DNA of 64,000 nucleotides from an uncultured Actinomycetota bacterium (GTDB lineage Bacteria; Actinomycetota; Actinomycetes; Propionibacteriales; Nocardioidaceae): NCBI GenBank assembly GCA_963724275.1, contig CAVRUB010000005.1, positions 8,474 to 72,473 of the forward strand, read 5' to 3'. Shown piece by piece: positions 60,717 to 64,000 of this stretch (position 1 is its first letter; each line of letters starts with the position of its first letter). The notes under the pieces were generated by a model. It saw only the letters and a program-made list of their open reading frames with translations, ran no database searches and was not told where the DNA came from. The position numbers and the translations under genes were made by a program.

Positions 60717-61061
60717 CTGGCCCCTCAACACTGCTGATATCCGGTCCTGGGCCCGTCAAAACGGCCTGACCGTCAGAGACCCACCTCGCCCCGGACCGCA
60801 TAGCCGCTGCCACGGACTCGTTCGAGGGTTCAGGGTTCGCTCCGCCCGACCGGGTGCCAACGACAGCTCATCGATGTCGTCGATGGCAGCCGCTACCTTC
60901 CCGAGAGCACCGCTCCCGCCCTCCACTGTGGCGGGACTTCGGCGTCGCTCGAACGTAACCCGCCCGGCCTAGGTGCGCTAGTTCTGATCTCCCGCCTGTG
61001 GAGAACCCTGTGGACAAAGTTCAACCGTTTTCGCTGCGCCTCAATGGCCGGCCGTCTACTC

Positions 61062-61310
61062 GCTCACTCGCCAGACCGCCAACATCGGGAGCGTGCACCC
61101 CCCGCTGAAACCGCCCCCGTAGAGGTCGCCCGCCAAGGTTGAAATGGGAAGAGTGCAAACCCAGGCGGCGCCGGTGCGACCGTTCATGGTCCTCACGGCG
61201 TCCCGGAACGTACCGCGGGCGCCCATGTTCCCAGGTGCACCGCCTCTGTGGACCTGCCCCTGAGGGCACTGACCGCAAAGGTCTTTGCCTAGCCCATAGC
61301 GCCCAGAAAG
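61062..61310 (+). repeat. interspersed repeat family, copy E (longest, about 250 nt)
   Basis: ctcactcgccagaccgccaacatcgggagcgtgcaccccccgctgaaaccgcccccgtagaggtcgcccgccaaggttgaaatgggaagagtgcaaacccaggcggcgccggtgcgaccgttcatggtcctcacggcgtcccggaacgtaccgcgggcgcccatgttcccaggtgcaccgcc...ctttgcctagcccatagcgccca. Confidence 0.85.
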
Positions 61311-61501
61311 GGCTACGGAGCTTGGACCGGCTAGCGATTGCGTTCCGCGGACGTCCCTCGCCGGGCGGTCCTCGTCCTTCATGGTGAATACACAGGACCT
61401 CCGGAGCCGCCGCAGCGAGTAGCTCCCGGCAGATTGGGGTGGGCACACGTCTGGCGGTGTGTTCGTTCGCGGACCGCGATCCCCTCGCTACTGTTCCTTG
61501 G

Positions 61502-61954
61502 ATGACCGACCACCCCGCGCTGGCCCAGCTCACCCGCATGGCCCAGGAATCGGCGGAGGCCTACCTCGCCGGCGACCTCGACACCTACGCCAGGGTGTTG
61601 CCGCACGCGGACGACTTCACGCTGATGCCACCGTTCGGTGGGCCGATCAGGCGGGGCTTTGTCCAGGACGACGAGACGCGCGAGGCCACCCGGAGCACCT
61701 TCCGGGGCGGCCGGGTAAAGGTCGAAGTCGAGGCGTCGTACATAACCGACGACCTCGCTGTGCTCGCGGTGGTAGAGCGACAGCGCGGTCTGGTGGGCGA
61801 GCTCTCCGAGCAGGACTGGTCTCTGCGCGTCACGCTCGCCTTCCGAAGTGATGGCGGACAGTGGCGGCTTGTGCACCGGCATGCGGACGCACTGGTCCAC
61901 ACCGTCGGTTGGACCACGCTCTCGCAACTCGCGCGCGGCGAACTCCCGGACTGA
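61502..61954 (+). CDS. SnoaL-like / NTF2-fold (DUF4440-type) protein
   Basis: MTDHPALAQLTRMAQESAEAYLAGDLDTYARVL...DLAVLAVVERQRG...WSLRVTLAFRSDGGQWRLVHRHAD, the typical NTF2-like pattern. The ORF track starts earlier, at 61439. Confidence 0.7.
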   Translation: MTDHPALAQLTRMAQESAEAYLAGDLDTYARVLPHADDFTLMPPFGGPIRRGFVQDDETREATRSTFRGGRVKVEVEASYITDDLAVLAVVERQRGLVGELSEQDWSLRVTLAFRSDGGQWRLVHRHADALVHTVGWTTLSQLARGELPD

Positions 61955-62319
61955 GCTACCGCTCCCCAACAGTCCGCGCACCAGGCGCCACCGCACCCCG
62001 ATGCCAAGCAATCCCAGCACGCAACGGTTCTCGTACGCCCCGAGCCGGATCTGGAACACCTCGAGCTCACCTACGGACACCAGCTTCGACAACACGCCGC
62101 CGTCGTGTTACCCGGGCAACCCGACGCAGCCCGCGAGAGTCAGTGCCCGCCGGGGGCTTCGCCGGCAGCGGATCCCATTCGGACCAGGCGAACCTGCGTC
62201 ACACCGCCGCCTTCGGGTCACTGCAGGACTGGCCTGCGTCGTGTGTGCCGACAGAGCCGTTTTCGTCGCCCGCGTTCCGGCGGCGTTCGGTGGGTCCACC
62301 TCGGTTCGGTGCGGCGTGC

Positions 62320-63064
62320 TCAGATCGCTCGCACCTCGGACAGCCGCCTCAGCGCGTACTCGTCCTTCCAGCACACGGCCGCTTCCCATGCGGCCGACGC
62401 TTGCGCGGCGACGTCGTGCGCGTCGTCGTCGAGAGCGGCGGCGTTGTAGGGAAGGACCAGATCGAGGTCGGGGACGTCGACGTGCGACTCGTCCCAGTCG
62501 ATCAGCGTGACCTGATCGGCGGTCACCAGGACGTTGCCAGGATTGTCGGGATTGCCGTGGACCACGCACCTCTCGACGTCCGGCAAGTCGCGCCCACGCC
62601 GCTCGACACCGGGCGACAGCCTCGGGCGGCATCGCGGCGAGATCGATCCTCGTCCCGGTCTCGGCGTGCAGCAGATCGGTCGCCGATCGCCAGCCCGGGC
62701 GCTGCGGCCAGCCCTGCGTCAGCCGATGCAACCGGCGAAGTGTGTCGGCCACGCATCGCCAGTCGGCCTCCGTCGTCGGCGGTTCACCCTCGACGTGGGT
62801 CATCACCACCAGACCGTCGGCGAACAATCGGCCGTCCAGGGTGGGGATCGGCACCGGCACGGGCAGACCCTCACGGTCGAGGTAGTGCAGGAGCGCAGTC
62901 TCCCACTGAAGATCCGGGTCGCTCCTGGACCCCGCGCGACCGACCACAAGACGCCCGTCGAGGCGCACGCTCCATACGTCGTTGGAGCTTCCGCCCGGGA
63001 GCGGTTCGAGGCGAGCGACGTCGTCACCCCACAATGCCAATGACTCCCATCCCACTCGCGACAT
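62320..63064 (-). pseudogene. aminoglycoside/choline-kinase-type phosphotransferase (APH family), one frameshift
   Basis: ORF 62108..63064 N-terminal end (LEPLPGGSSNDVWSVRLDGRLVVGR...LHYLDREGLPVPVPI...VMTHVEG), continued in ORF 62320..62586 (VVHGNPDNPGNVLVTADQVTLIDWDESHVDVPDLD, the Brenner and DxD motifs). The shift lies near 62590. Confidence 0.75.
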
Positions 63065-63264
63065 CGTCGCAGAGCCCTGGACAACGCGAAGCCCTCAACT
63101 GCCAGCTCGCCGGAACAGCCGACGAAAGCCAGTGATCGCCTCCGCCGGCCCTCACTCCAGGGACAGGGCGGCAACGCTCAGCTGGACGCACATGCCGATG
63201 AACTCGTCAGACATGCATCACTCCGCCGCCGTGCGGGCTGGCCGTACCCACGTCGGCGTGCCCG

Positions 63265-64000
63265 CTAAGAGGTCAGCCTCAGACGCAGGTCTCTGCCGAG
63301 GAGGTCGGCCAGGCGGGCGGATTCCCGCTCCATCGCTGCGTCGGGTCGTCGACGCTCGTCGAGCCAGGTCACCGTGAGTTCGTCACCCTTCCGGGCCCAT
63401 GTCCCGCACACGACCCCGCCGACGATCACCGGGTTGGCCTTGCGGGTCATGAGGTCTCGTCGGGACGAAGGGGTGATGTGGACGTCCTTGGTGCCGGGAC
63501 CGATCACCCATTGGTCGTGCCCGGGAAGGAACCGCACCGCCTCAGATGGGGGCGAGGCCTCAAGTGCCTCGACGTCCTCGCGCACCGACATACGCCGCAG
63601 TGCCTTCGACATCGACCGCGACCAGCCGGTCGCCGAGCTCGGAGAACCAGGCCTCGAGCCGTCTACGGCCCGCACTCAGACCTTCGCCGAGCCAGTAGTG
63701 AAGCCGATCGAGCGTTGCCGGCCCATACGTACGGAAGTACGCGGTGACGGCCCGCGGGCCAGCGTCGTCAAGGTCGGGGATGCCCCGCCACCTCGGGTTG
63801 CTGTCGAGGCGCTGAAACGTGTGCTGTCCATCTCGCGGCGGACCGAAGCTCATGTCTCCCTGCCAGGTCAGCGGCTTGAGCAGGGTGCCCGCCCCCTCGT
63901 CGAAGACCGGCTTCAGGTGCCGATACGCGCGGTGCCCCGTCAATGCCCGGCCGAGCTCGACGACGGTCAACGGCCCGTCGCTCAGCGCCGCGCGCACGGC
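63265..64000 (-). pseudogene. YcaQ-like winged-helix (DUF1006) protein, 5' end outside window, one frameshift
   Basis: ORF 63560..63997 (LTVVELGRAL...LKPLTWQGDMSFGPPRDGQHTF...AVTAYFRTYGPATLDRLHYWLGEG), continued in ORF 63265..63675 (RFLPGHDQWVIGPG...ANPVIVGGVVCGTWARKGDELTVTWL). Confidence 0.65.

Overview
High-GC, Actinomycetota-type DNA (GTG/TTG starts, lipobox and signal peptides, ECF sigma factors, LAL-type LuxR regulators). It reads as an accessory, rearrangement-prone chromosomal region. About 35 non-mobile protein genes are recognisable: an SBBP propeller protein, PhoX, an amidase, an amidohydrolase, three related alpha/beta hydrolases, an epoxide hydrolase, an MBL hydrolase, two DctP-like solute-binding lipoproteins beside a NarL-type two-component system, two ECF sigma modules, YafY/WYL, TetR and MarR regulators, MmuM, a quinone oxidoreductase, an APH-like kinase and a YcaQ-like protein. 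These are interleaved with at least nine insertion-sequence bodies or remnants of the IS256, IS110, IS3 and IS30 families, including an IS30 inside an IS3 inside an IS110-family transposase gene. I saw no rRNA, tRNA or CRISPR array. The main non-genic signals are: (1) an unclassified 210-250 nt interspersed repeat with five co-oriented intergenic copies; (2) a near-identical 1.28 kb inverted duplication bracketing a 7.7 kb stress/regulatory cassette; (3) a perfect 25-nt direct repeat flanking a visibly less GC-rich 1.8 kb insert; (4) a REP-like palindromic repeat family in the first 15.5 kb. Roughly half of the recognisable genes need one or more frame changes to be read end to end. Either the region is decaying or the sequence carries indel errors, so every pseudogene call here depends on which is true. 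All homology statements come from reading the translations and recognising motifs; no database search was run.
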